From the human T2T-CHM13v2.0 reference genome, Homo sapiens: a stretch of 64,000 nt of DNA. Under the pieces are notes generated by a model. That model was not told the origin of the DNA and did not search any database. It saw only the letters and a list, made by a program, of their open reading frames with translations. Positions 26,853 to 38,884 of this stretch are shown here, piece after piece. The stretch lies in the NCBI RefSeq assembly GCF_009914755.1, contig NC_060947.1. The stretch is one strand, 5' to 3'. Position 1 is the stretch's first letter. Every line of letters starts with the position of its first letter. The position numbers and the translations under genes are program-made.

Positions 26853-26971
26853 GCCAGGTGTTGTGGCATGTGCTTGTAATCCCAGCTGCATAGGAGGCTG
26901 AGGTGGGAGGATTGCTTGAGTCCAGGCATTCAAGACCAGCCTGAGAAACATGCTGAGACCCTTGTGTCAAA
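26853..26971 (+). mobile_element. Alu monomer (FLAM_A-like)
   Basis: Single arm; perfect 16-bp TSD AAAAGACACAGCCATA at 26837-26852 and 26972-26987. Confidence 0.9.
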
Positions 26972-29454
26972 AAAAGACACAGCCATAAGGATAGGATATA
27001 AATCAGGGTGGCTAGGGAAGAGAGTTTGGAGGCGTAGGAAACATTTAACATTGGGCAAATGTTACAGCTATCAAATAAGATAAGGGTAAACAATGCTTGC
27101 TAAATTTAGAAATGTGGAGGTCATAACCTTATAAAAAGTTTCAATAAAGAGGTAATGATATAAGTTACTAATCAATAGATAGAGGAGTCACTGGAATGCA
27201 GGGAAGTGGACAGGGGGAGTGTAGACTGCTCTTCAAGAAATTTGTCAGTGAGAGTGGCAGTAAATAAGATTGTAGCCAGTACCTGAGGTTGAGGGAAGAT
27301 TGATTTTCTATGGAAGAGACTTGAGCATGTTCATATTTTGAGAGGACAGAGTAAGTAAGCACAGAAAAATATTGGAGATATGAGAGATGGGATACGGGTA
27401 ATGAAACAAATTCAAGGCTCAGGGTTAGGAGGATGGGCTGGGCAATATCAAGTGTGCTTAGGTGGGAAGACTTAGTCTTGTATGGAGGAGGGACATTTGT
27501 CCCACCAAAAGATTAAGCAAGAACGCATGGAAATTTAAGTAAGTTTGTTAGTGGTGAAGGAGCAAGCTGAGGAACTTCTCTCATCTGATGGCCTTGATGT
27601 TTTTCATAGATTAGAAAGGAACGTTGCCTCTGAAAGTGAGGCAAGAAAAGGTGCATTATATTGTTTGAAGAAAGTGATAATTCTTTGAAGTAACCACTGG
27701 AGGAATAGGAGAGGGTGATATTTATGGACGTCAGGCTCAGTGAAACTAGAGTTGATGAATTTGTAGTGTAATCTTCACCAGCAGTGTCCATCACCCTGGA
27801 GAAGCTGAATGATTGGATTGATCCAGGGATGAGGTTTGGTGAGCAGGTGTGAAGGAAGGACAAAGGAACAAAATAAATAAAAATCATTTCAAGGGAGAAA
27901 GCACATAATGAGCCATAAGAACAAAGTAGACCCCGAAAAGCACTGATAAATTCAGAAAGTATGGAAAAGGAAAAGAGACTAAACACTGTGTTGAGAAGTA
28001 ATAGTAGATTTATTGTCAATAAAGGTAGAGACAGCTCTATTAATATGAAAAAACAAAACAAAAACATAAAACTAGGATAGTGGAATTTACAATTTTGAAG
28101 ACAGAACATTTTTGTTGCTGAAGAGTGGGTTGCCAAAATGGTGGTGAGACATTATTGAAGCTGAGCATATCCAGCAACTGTGAGGCCAAGGAGTTAAAGT
28201 CATTCTGGTTAATGACAGAATTGATGTAGAAAAACAGTGAACCTCCTTATTAATGTCCTTATTAATGTAGAGGAGCAGGAAGTAACAGTAACAATGTACT
28301 GTTTGGGTAACAGTAACAAGGAGGAATAGAGCAGGGGTTCACAAATGCAAATCCTACAGAGGCCTACAGGTGAGGGAAAGAAGCCAAATTTAAGAGAAGA
28401 TACCCCACCTAAAGGAGGCAACCACCACTAAGCTTCAGAAGACAGTTACTATTTGGAAAGATGAGCCTAAAATTGCTAGAAATCTACATTTTGAAGATAA
28501 ATGGCAAATGCCTTTTAAAAATGTGAAATTTTTCATTGTGAAATATTGGTAATTAATTTTAAAAAATACTGTGATGACCAAACAAAGCATCTCTTAAGTG
28601 TGAATGCAGTTCATGAGGTGCCAGTTTGCAACCTCTAGGATAAAAAGTAGTATGCCCAAATGGCCTGAGACACAAAGCAGGAAAGACTTATACAATGGTA
28701 TCTTCACTCTTTCTTCTCTAGGCTATGGCAGACATCACTAATTTGATCAGATATGCAGAGCTTCCAGAGGCAAGTAAAAATCAGTTGTATTTGGCACACA
28801 AGGTGAAACCTTATTTGCCATAATGTTTCTATAATTTTCAAGAAAGTTTCTGAATCTTTGAACTTTCGTTGGTCTTTGAAAAAGAACAGGCATGCTGTAA
28901 TGTTTCAATTCAGTTTTGCCCTCGCAGGATTTTCAGGTGGGCTTTCTTGTTGAATGTGTGCTTTGTATGTTTTCAGAAACCTCTTCACACCAGTAACTGT
29001 GTCTTAAAAATTTCCAGTAATGTGCTCAGAGGTCCTGAGTGGGAACTAGTTTAATGTTGAAGGTGAACAAACAAAACCTTTCATCTGTTCCCAGGTATGT
29101 CTGGCTTCTGGCAGCTTTGCCATTAATAGTTGAGAGCCTGTTTGCTGCCTGGAACACTGAAGGGTTGTTAAACAGCTCTCTGCCTTTTAAAAAGAGTGGG
29201 AGATGATTGGGAGGCTTCTAGACTGAGGCAAAAATTGAAAATATCATGCATGTTTAGCTATATGGTTTATTAACTCATTTGCTGAAGTGTGTACTTGATT
29301 TCTGTTAAATCTTTTTATGCTTAGGCATTTTTGCTATTGAGAGACTTTTCTTTTGGGTATTTAAATACTCAAATAACTCATTCATATTCAAATACCTCCT
29401 TTAACACATTTCTCATTTCCTTTAGAAGCAAAACATACTCTCTTTGCAGGAACT

Positions 29455-29630
29455 GTTTTCAGCCCCGCCCCGACCTCTCAAAACTCTGCACTTAGCCAGC
29501 TGTTTCCATGGCCAATGCTGTAAGCCCCCAGGCCCGATTCACGTGGCAGGAGGGGAAGAACAGCTGAAGCTGGAGCAGCGAGCTGCCTTAGCTGCCAAAG
29601 TCCACTTGATTCTGACGCAATGCAACTGCA
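29455..29630. promoter_or_regulatory. Candidate enhancer/promoter motif cluster
   Basis: GC box GCCCCGCCCC (29462), CAGCTG (29497, 29561), X-box-like GTTTCCATGG (29502), CCAAT (29512), CACGTG (29540), TGACGCAA (29613) in non-repetitive, locally GC/CpG-rich sequence. Motif evidence only. Confidence 0.4.
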
Positions 29631-30095
29631 TTCTCCGTTTTTAATTTGTTCCTGTTCTGCTTTTGGTTTTCAGTCTCTACCACTATCCCCTCACTCTCCA
29701 GCGTCTACCCACCCTTTCCTCTTTTAGGTTTCTGAAAAACAGACCATTTGGTTGACCCTGCAAGGCTTCCAATTTGCCTATTTTGTCATGATGCACTGTT
29801 TCTCCCCATCATGCTCACACTTGCTTCTAAAATGCCTCTGGCTCTTCTGGTGAGCTGCTGTCTACCTATTCCTGTCTCTGGCTCTGGGTCCTGTTGTCTG
29901 TCTCTAGCTGCCTGCCTAACACAAACTGCCTTACTGCCTGTGGTGTGTCATGGATCTGCTGATTTTCTGTGGCACCTGAAACAATAGAAGCTGAAAAATC
30001 CATGACTTCTGTTTAACTGTGCTTCTTCACAGTTTTCCTTATTAGACATTATGTGGTCAAAACTCTGAAACTAAACTCTTTAACTGAAGTACAGG

Positions 30096-30561
30096 TGTCA
30101 GCCCTCTGAGCTGAAGCTCAGCCATTATAACTTCTGTGACCTGCACATACACATCCAGGTGGCCTGCAGGGGCCAAGAAGTCTGGAGCAGCCAAAAAACC
30201 ACAAAGAAGTAAATCAGTCAGTTCCTGCCTTAACTGATTAACCAAAATTACATTTTACCATTGTGACTTGTCCCTGCCCTACCTTAGCTGATCAATCAAC
30301 TTTGCAACATTCTTCTTTTGGACAATGAGTCTTATGATCTCCCCACCATGTACCTTGTGACCCCCTCCTCTGCTAACAATAGATAACCACCTTTTACTGT
30401 AATTTTCCATTACCTACCCAACTCCTGTAAAGCAACCCCTTCCCCATCTCCCTTCACTGACTCTCTTTTCGGACTCAGCCCACTTGCACCCAAGTGAATA
30501 AACAGTGTTATTGCCCACACAAAGCCTGTCTGTTGGTCTCTTCACATAGATGTGCTTGACA
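30096..30561 (+). repeat. HERV-H 5' LTR (LTR7C-like)
   Basis: TGTCAGCCCTCTGAGCTGAAGCTCAGCC...CAGGTGGCCTGCAGG..CCAAGAAGTCTGGAGCAGCC; AATAAA near 30497; TATA box reads TGTAAA at 30426. Confidence 0.93.
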
Positions 30562-30563
30562 TT

Positions 30564-30646
30564 TGGTGCCATGACTCAGATCGGGGGACCTCCCTTGGGA
30601 GATCAATCCCCTGTCCTCCTGCTACATTTGGTGCCGTGACTTGGAT
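30564..30646 (+). promoter_or_regulatory. Two tRNA-His primer binding sites (30564-30581 and 30629-30646)
   Basis: TGGTGCCATGACTCAGAT and TGGTGCCGTGACTTGGAT versus the HERV-H PBS TGGTGCCGTGACTCGGAT. Confidence 0.9.
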
Positions 30647-31130
30647 CAGGGGACCTCCCTCGGGAGATCAATCCCCTGTCTTCCTGCTCTTTGCTCTGTG
30701 AGAAAATCCACCTATGACGTCAGGTTCTCAGACCAGCCCAAGAAACACCTCACCAATTTTAAATTGGGTAAGCAGTCTTTTTTTATTCTGTTCTCCAACC
30801 TCTCTCACTATCTCTCAACCTCTTTCTTCTTTCAATTTCAGCACCACCCTTCAATCCCTCCATTCCTTTCATTTCCTTTTCCTTTCTGGTAGAGATAGCA
30901 GAAACGTGTTTTTTCCATGGATCCAAAATGCTGGTGGCACTGGTCATGGACTCAGGAAGACAGTCTTCCCTTGGTGTCTAATCACCGCGGGGACACCTGC
31001 CTGATTATTCACCCGCATTCCAGAGGTGTTCGATCACCATGGGGACACCTGCCTTGATCCTCCACCTTGGTGGCAAGTACTACCCCCCCCTTTTTACTCC
31101 TCTTTTCTCTAAATTTCCCTTTTTTTTACT

Positions 31131-32732
31131 ATGGGCAACCTTCTGCCCTCCATTCCTCCTTCTTCCCCCTTAACCTGTGTTCTTAAAAACTTAAAACCTC
31201 TTCAACCCTCACCTGACCTAAAACCTAGCATCTTATTTTCTTCTGCAACACCGCTTGGCTCCAATACAAACTTGATAATGGCTGTAAATGGCCAGAAAAT
31301 GGCACTGTTGATTTTTCCATCCTACAATATCTAGATAATTTTTTTCATAAAATGGGCAAATGGTCTGAGGTGCCCTATGTCCAGGCATGTTTTACACTTT
31401 GTCCCCTCCCTAATTTCTGTTCCCAATGCAACTCATCCCAAATCTTCCTTCTTTCCCTCCTGCCTGTCCCTTCAGTCCCAACCCCAAGTGCCACTGAGTC
31501 TTTTGAATTCTCCTTTTTTTGCGGACCCCCCTGACCTCTCTCCCCTTCCTCAGGCCACTCCTTGGCAGGCTGAATCAAGTCCCAATTCTTCCTCAGCCTC
31601 CACTTCTCCACCTTATAACCCTTCTGTCACCTCCCCTCCCCACACCCAGTCTGGCTTACAATTTCATTCTGTGGCAAATACTCCCCCGCCTGCCCCAAAA
31701 TTTCCTCTTTGAGAGGTGGCTGGGGCTGAAGGCATTGTCAGAGTGCGTGTACCATTTTCTCTATCAGACCTTTCCCAAGTTAATCAATGCTTAGGCTCCT
31801 TCTCATCAGACACCACAAAATATATACAGGAATTCCAATATTTAACTCAGTCCTACAATTTAACCTGGAGTGACTTAAATGTGATACTAACTTCTACCCT
31901 CTCCCCAGATGAATGAGAAAGAGTTTTTTCTCTAGCCCAGTCCCACGCTGACACCTGCCGACATCATGAGCCGGACCTTCAAGAAGGCATCAGGGCAGTT
32001 CCCCAAGAGGATCCCCGATGGGAGTATCAGGCAGGTTCCCCAGGTATAGCTAGATGAGATTACATGATTTCCTGCCTAGTTGAAGGGCTTAAAAGGGCAG
32101 CATACAAAGCTGTTAATTATGACAAAATTAAAGAAACTACCCAAGGTAAAGATGAAAACCCAGCCCAGTTCATGGCTCGTTTGGCAGCAACCTTGAGATG
32201 CTTTACAGCCTTAGACCCTGAAGGGCCTGAAGGCCATCTTATTCTCGATATGCATTTTATCACCCAGTCAGCTTCTGACATTAGAAAAAAGCTTCAAAAA
32301 TTGGAATCCAGCACTCAAACCCCACAACAGGAATTAACCAGCCTCGCCTTCAAGGCGTACAGTAATAGAGACGAAGCAGCCAAGTGGCAACACATTTCTG
32401 AGTTACAATTACTTGCCTCTGCTGTGAGACACAACCCAGCTGCACCTCCAGCACACAAGAACTTCAAAACACCTAAGCCACAGTGGTCAGGCATTCCTAT
32501 AGGACCTCATCCCTCAGGATCTTGCTGTAAGTGCCAGAAATCTGGCCACTGGGCCAAGGAATGCTCGCAGCCTGGGATTCCTCCCAAGCCATGTCCCATC
32601 TGTGCAGGGACCCACTGGAAATCAGACTGCCCAGATCACCCGGCAACCACTCCCAGAACCCCTAAAGCTCTGGCCCAAGGATCTCTGACTGACTCCTTCC
32701 CAGATCTGCTTGGCTTAGTGACTGAAGACTGA
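31131..32732 (+). pseudogene. gag: HERV-H gag, disrupted
   Basis: MGNLLPSIPPSSPLTCVLKNL start; SPPY; major homology region QGKDENPAQFMARL; two zinc knuckles CCKCQKSGHWAKEC and CPICAGTHWKSDC; several stops and frameshifts. Confidence 0.9.
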
Positions 32733-33437
32733 CACTGCCCAATTGCCTTGGAAAACCCCTGGACCGTCACAGATGCTGAGCTTCGGGTAACTCTCACAGT
32801 GGAGGGTAAGTCCATCCCCTTTTTAATAGATACAGGGGCTACCCACTCCACATTACCTTCTTTTCAAGGCCTGTTTCCATTGCCCCCATAACTGTTGTGG
32901 ATATTGATGACCAGGCCTCAAAACCTCTTATAACTCCCCAACTTTGGTGCCAACTTGGACAAAATTCTTTTATGCACTCCTTTTTAGTTATCCCCATGTG
33001 CCCAGTTTCCATTTAGGTTGAGACATTTTAACCAAATTATCTGCTTCCCTGACTATTCCTGGACTACAGCCACATCTCATTACTGCCCTTCTTCCTAATC
33101 CAAAGTCTCCTTCATGTCTTCCTCTTGTATCCCCCATCTTAACCCACAGGTACGGGACAGCTCTACTCCCTCCCTGACAACTGATCACACGCCCATTACT
33201 ATCCCATTATAACCTAATCATGCTTACCCTGCTCAATGCCAATATCCCATCCCACAGCAGGCTTTAAACGAACTGATGCCTGTTATCACTCACCTGCTAC
33301 AACATGGCTTTTAAAGCCTATACATTCTCCTTACAACTCTCCTATCCTACCCATCCAGAAACTGGACAAGTCCTACAGGCTAATTCAAGACCTTCACCTC
33401 ATAAATCAGATAGTCCTTCCCATCCATCCTGTTGTGC
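32733..33437 (+). pseudogene. pol: HERV-H protease and N-terminal RT remnant
   Basis: FLIDTGATHSTLP near 32820-32860; SPYNSPILPIQKLDKSYRLIQDL; homology is lost after about 33437. Confidence 0.88.
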
Positions 33438-33950
33438 ATTTTTATTAAGTCTCTTCTTCCTTACTCTACTCTTTACAACTGCTTTATGCAGTCAACCCCT
33501 CCTTCTTGCACTGCACCTCACAAACTTTTTCATCCCTGCTATTTTCCTATTCACCATTCTCACCTACTCATAAATGCCCTGCTTTTGTTTACATTGCCAG
33601 TTTACACTTTTTCTCCAAACCATCACAGCTTATATCTCCTGGTGCTATCCCCAAACCACCACTCTTGACTCCCTCTTGTAATGGATAGGTGATTTTTGCT
33701 GGCAGGGCACACTCCAATACTTTCACCATGATGAAGTCCTATTCTTTACCTTTATACTTACTTTTAACCTCATTCCCGTTCTTATGCTGCCCTCTGCCCT
33801 TGAATATTCTTTAAGGTGTCTGTGCAGTCCCTGGTCACACTTGAAGCAGTCCCAAGAAACATCGCCCCTACCCCAATAACCCTCAGTAAAAAGTTATATT
33901 TTCTTTATCTTTTCTTATAGCTTTATATTTTATAAATAAAAAGACAGGAA

Positions 33951-34418
33951 TGTCAGGCCTCTGAGCTGAAACTCAGCCATTATAACTTCTGTGACCTGCA
34001 CATACACATCCAGGTGGCCTGCAGGAGCCAAGAAGTCTGGAGCAGCCAAAAAATCACAAAGATGTAAAACAACCAGTTCCTGCCTTAACTGATTAACCAA
34101 AATTACAACATTTTACCATTGTGACTTGTCCCTGCCCTACCTTAGCTGATCAATCAACTTTGCAACATTCTTCTTTTGGACAATGAGTCTTATGATCTCC
34201 CCACCATGTACCTTGTGACCCCCCCTCTGCTAACAATAGATAACCACCTTTTACTGTAATTTTCCATTACCTACCCAACTCCTATAAAGCAAACCCTTCC
34301 CCATCTCCCTTCACTGACTCTCTTTTCAGACTGAGCCCACTTGCACCCAAGTGAATAAACAGTCTTATTGCTCACACAAAGCCTGTTTGTTGGTCTCTTC
34401 ACATGGACGCGCTTGACA
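33951..34418 (+). repeat. HERV-H 3' LTR (LTR7C-like)
   Basis: Direct repeat of 30096-30561; intact TATAAA at 34283; ends GGACGCGCTTGACA. Confidence 0.95.
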
Positions 34419-34679
34419 TAGGTTGCTGGGTACATAGCACTGAGCAACCGGTACTTTAGTTAAATGTCAGAGTCAGGGTTAAGATCAATAAAAGTTACAA
34501 TACAGTAACACTTGCCTAGACACAGTGGGAAATCTTGTTTATGATGATTTCCAGATGAGAAGCCATTTTCTAGGTTGGAAGTAGGATGCATGTATGTATG
34601 TATGTGTGTTGCCATACATAATATCTTGCATTCTAGACTTCTGAATTGGGATTTTATGATTAAAAAAAATTGACCTTTA

Positions 34680-35020
<341 letters not shown>

Positions 35021-35289
35021 TTAATTTTAATCTGCCATATTTTTGTTTCCTGAAGTGACACATATTATTGTCTATTAGCCTAAGAATTAAAATATTACCA
35101 CCCTCATTAGATCACCTTGGTTAATTTGATTTTTGTCTTCCTTGAAGTTGAATTCATTCTCATTTGATCTGATCTTTAGAATATGTTCACACTATGACAA
35201 GTATTATAGATATCTTGAAATGTGAAAATAATTTACCATTTACATTTCTATTATACATCTGGGAAATTAGTACAGTAATAATAATATAA

Positions 35290-35530
35290 TAATAGTTGTC
35301 AATATGATTGAGTTTTTGCTATATGCTGGATATTGCACTAAGGGCTTTATTTGTATTATCTAATTCTGTCAACTGCCATTTAATGGGTTCTAATGTTACC
35401 CACATTTTACAGTGGGGAAAACTAAAATGCACAGAAATTTGGTAATGTGTTCAAGGTCATAAAGCTAAATTAGTGCCATAGCTGAAATTTGAGCCCAGAT
35501 TTGTAGGTATCCCAAAGTCTGAGCCTCTGA
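35290..35530. mobile_element. MIR
   Basis: CCCACATTTTACAGTGGGGAAAACT...AAGGTCATAAAGCT...TTTGAGCCCAG core. Confidence 0.7.
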
Positions 35531-35813
35531 ACATCAATGAGCACCATTTCTCATAGCAATAATTTATGTTTGAAGTCTCTTCTTTGCTTCTACACTTCCC
35601 TTGAAATTTAAATACCTCTTTTACAATGTCATATAGTCATATTTAGATATACTATCTCTTCTTACTAAAATAATACATTCATGCAAATGTATTATTTATT
35701 AGAGGAGGTTGCATTAGAGGTTTAAATAGTAAGACATGGAACCAAAATGCCTGGGATGATATTTTAATTCTGCCACTTATTTTCTGTGACTTTCAAAAAT
35801 TACTTTATCTCTC

Positions 35814-36213
35814 TGTATTAGTCAATTTTGGATTCCTATAAAGGAATAGTAGAGACTGGGTAATATATAAAGAAAAGAGGTTTATTTGGCTAATGGTTCT
35901 GCAGGCTGTACAAGTAGCATGGTGCCAGCATCTGCTTCTGGTGAAGCCTCAGGAAGCTTACAATCATGGTGAAAGGTAAAGTGGAAGCAGACATGTCACA
36001 TGGCAAGAGAGGGAATGAGAGAGTGAGGAAGGAGGTCCCAGACACTTTTAAACAGTCAGATTACACATGAACTCATAACCATGGGGAGGGTACAAAGCCA
36101 TTCATGAGGGATCTGTCCCATGATCCAAACATCTCCTACTACGCCCCGCCTGCAACATTGGGGATCACATTTCAACATGAAGTTTGGAGGGGACACACAT
36201 CCAAACCACATCA
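35814..36213 (-). mobile_element. MaLR solo LTR (MSTA/MSTB-like), inserted in a MIR
   Basis: TGTATTAGTC...AAAGAAAAGAGGTTTATTTGGC...TTTCAACATGA...CCAAACCACATCA; 5-bp TSD CTCTC on both sides. Confidence 0.9.
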
Positions 36214-37430
36214 CTCTCTGAACTTCAGTTTCTTAATTATATAACTAGTGCTAGAATTTAGTTCATTTGAAATTTGTGAGGATTAAGTGAGATAACACAT
36301 ATAAATTACTTGCAATAATGCCTTCATATAGTATGTGCTGAAAAATAGCTTGACATATAATTTGTAGATACCCTAAAAGTTCTGTTATAGCTTGATTGTT
36401 TCTTTTGTTTCCATTCATTTATCTATCTATCTATATATACATGTATTCATTCATCCATGTGTTCACTAATTCATTTTCCAAACCTATATTGAGCACTGAG
36501 CAAGGATTTCCCATCTATGGTGTTAAACTCTGTAAAATCTTCTAGAGTCCACTTCTTTTAGTGGAATTCTTGCTTAGAGCAAGATTTTGAACAAGAAAGA
36601 TTTTGATTAATTTCTGGGAGATTAGGATATTGTGCAGGTCAAACGGCAACATAGGACATTGAAACTACAAAAGTATTTGTAGAAGACAATATTTCACTTG
36701 CCACCTTTCTAGATACTGGCAAAGTTGTAGACACTTCAGAGATCTAATTTTATGAATAACACTAAAAATGCTATATAGGAGGTAAACAATCAACTCAAGT
36801 GCTATCATTCTTAAATTGTAGCTTCTTTATGATCTGATAATATTGGAAGAAGATGACCTTCTAATGGGATGGTAAATGTTCTTATGAATAATTGGTATGT
36901 ATATACAAGTGAGGGGCCTTGACCATGGAATTAGCCCTCTGAAGTAGGCCTACTTTTCAAACATGTGGGCTCTGGCAAGAGACTAATGTTGTGGTCATGC
37001 ATGGATTTAGATAAACTCTTCTGCATTTACATATAATAATATATTACCAAGATCCCAGGAACGCTGGCCCAGAGGTGGCAAAATGTTGGAGTCTGGGAGA
37101 TATTATTTGTGCTAGTAGCAGATTTCTGATGTAAAGCAGAGAGTGTGGTTTTTTTTAGGATAAAATTGTGAGCCTCTGGCCAAGTGATGCTAAGAATGAA
37201 GATGAAATAAAAGCAATTTGCAACAAATAGCTTTAGCTTCTTTAAAGTACTACCAAGGAGGGTTCTCTTGTGGTGTTCTCATGAGACTGGTTTTCACTGA
37301 CATTGCTGTCAGTGTCTAACACTCACAGTTGGATGGGTTCAGGTGTGCTGTATTAGGGCTTGTTACACAAAGTTGCCAGATACCTCTATGACTATTATTA
37401 TTTCAATTTGAAGAAACTCTACTAGAGTAT

Positions 37431-37770
37431 TATATTAGTCTGTCTGGGCTACTGTAACAGAATGTCATAGACAAGATGGCTTATAAACAACAGAAATTTA
37501 TCTCTCACAGTTCTGGAGTCTGGGAAGTTCAAGATCAAGGCATTGGAGATTTGGTGTTTGGTGATGGCCCACTTCCTGGTTCATAGATGGCACCTTCTAC
37601 CTGCATCCTCAAATAGCAGAGGGGCAAAAGACCTCTTTGTTGTCTCTTTTATATGGGTACTAATCCTATCAGTCACTTCCCAAAGGCCTCACTTCTTAAT
37701 ACCATCACACTGGGGGTTAAGATTTCAACATAAAAACTTGGAGAAGGGCACAAACATTCATTCTATAGCA
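37431..37770 (-). mobile_element. MaLR solo LTR (MLT1A-like)
   Basis: GGCTTATAAACAACAGAAATTTATCTCTCACAGTTCTGGAG...AATACCATCACACTGGGGGTTAAGATTTCAACAT...ATAGCA. Confidence 0.88.
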
Positions 37771-37924
37771 GACATATAATATGATCACCTACTGTCAAAA
37801 ATTACTTTGCACTAGTAGAAGGTGACATTGCTTAGGAATAAGCCCAAATTCACTGTTGCACATACTGCAACCTCTGCCGGTCATTCTCTTCTTCACTCAT
37901 TTTTTGGCCAACTCCTACTGATCT

Positions 37925-38226
37925 TTCTTTCTTTCTTTTTTTTTTTTTTGAGACAGGGTCTTATTTGGTCATCCAGCCTGGAGTGGCACTGTCATGGCCC
38001 ACTGCAGCATTGAAATCCCTAGGCTTAGGTGATTTCCCACCACAGCCTCCCAAGTAGCTGGGACTACAGGTACGCCCCACCATGCCCAGCTAATTTTTGT
38101 ATTTTTTGTAGAAACAGAGTTTCACCATGTTTCCCAGGCTGGTCTTAAACTCCTGAGCCCAAGTGATCCAGCCGCTTTGGCCTCCCAAAGTGCTAGGATT
38201 ACAGGCATAAGTGACCGCACTCAGCC
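37925..38226 (-). mobile_element. Alu (AluJ-like)
   Basis: T-tract then GAGACAGGGTCTT...GCTAATTTTTGTATTTTTTGTAG...CCTCCCAAAGTGCTAGGATTACAGG. Confidence 0.92.
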
Positions 38227-38884
38227 GTGATCTTTCAAATCTTGGCTGAAGCATTTATTTTTCAGAGAAGTCATTCCTGATTCCTCAATCAAACTTATGC
38301 CTCTCATTACTGTTTTTATAATCCTGTTCCTTTTCTTTATAGAATGGATTAAATTTTGTAGTCATATATTTGTTCATTTAATTATGTGACTCATCTATTA
38401 GATTTTAATTTATAAAACAGTAGATTTTGTTCATCAATGTTTTACTAATCAGTGTATGTCCAATGTCTTACACAGTCTCTACTATATAGAAGGACTTCAA
38501 TTTATATTGGTTGATTACTGATTGAGAAACATGCTTTTACATACTAACGGGAAATTGCCAAGAACATAAATAAGTAAAATGTTGAAGCTATGAGAGAAGA
38601 CTGTATAGGGTAGGGTATCAAGGTCAAGAGTGGTCCCTTCTACCCTGGAGGTTAGAAATGGTTTATCAGGTGAAGTAATGCTTGAGCTGATTCTAGAAAA
38701 ATTAAAAGTTAATTTCTAAATAGATGCCATAATTAATACAATTTGATAATTTTTTATTTGGCTGTTCAATGTTTTTCTTCATCAGATAGGACAACTAACT
38801 AAACTGAAAGTGCCATGGAGAGAGGAATTATATCTGTTTTGTTCACTTCTTATACTCAACATTTAGTACACAGTAGGTGGTATA

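Larger units (their letters stand above)
25335..28430 (-). mobile_element. LINE-2, long degenerate copy interrupted by MER47A and FLAM
   Basis: L2 3' end in reverse (TCAAATATTAATTAAGCATCTGCTATGT...TAGGCATTAGGAATACAG) and a purine-rich top strand with L2 motifs (CTGATGGCCTTGATGTTTTCA). Right boundary approximate. Confidence 0.75.
30096..34418 (+). mobile_element. HERV-H provirus with LTR7C-type LTRs, internally deleted
   Basis: Two LTRs (TGTCA...TGACA), tRNA-His PBS, gag, pro and RT start, PPT AAATAAAAAGACAGGAA before 33951; flanks CAGG / TAGG. Confidence 0.95.

Noticed and set aside
27513-28136. 207-aa minus-strand ORF
   Set aside because: Lies in a degenerate L2; its Leu/Ser/Phe-rich composition reflects the pyrimidine-rich strand; no recognisable domain.
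30985-31060. Repeated GGGACACCTGCC units
   Set aside because: Short repeats of this kind are a normal part of the HERV-H leader; not CRISPR-like.
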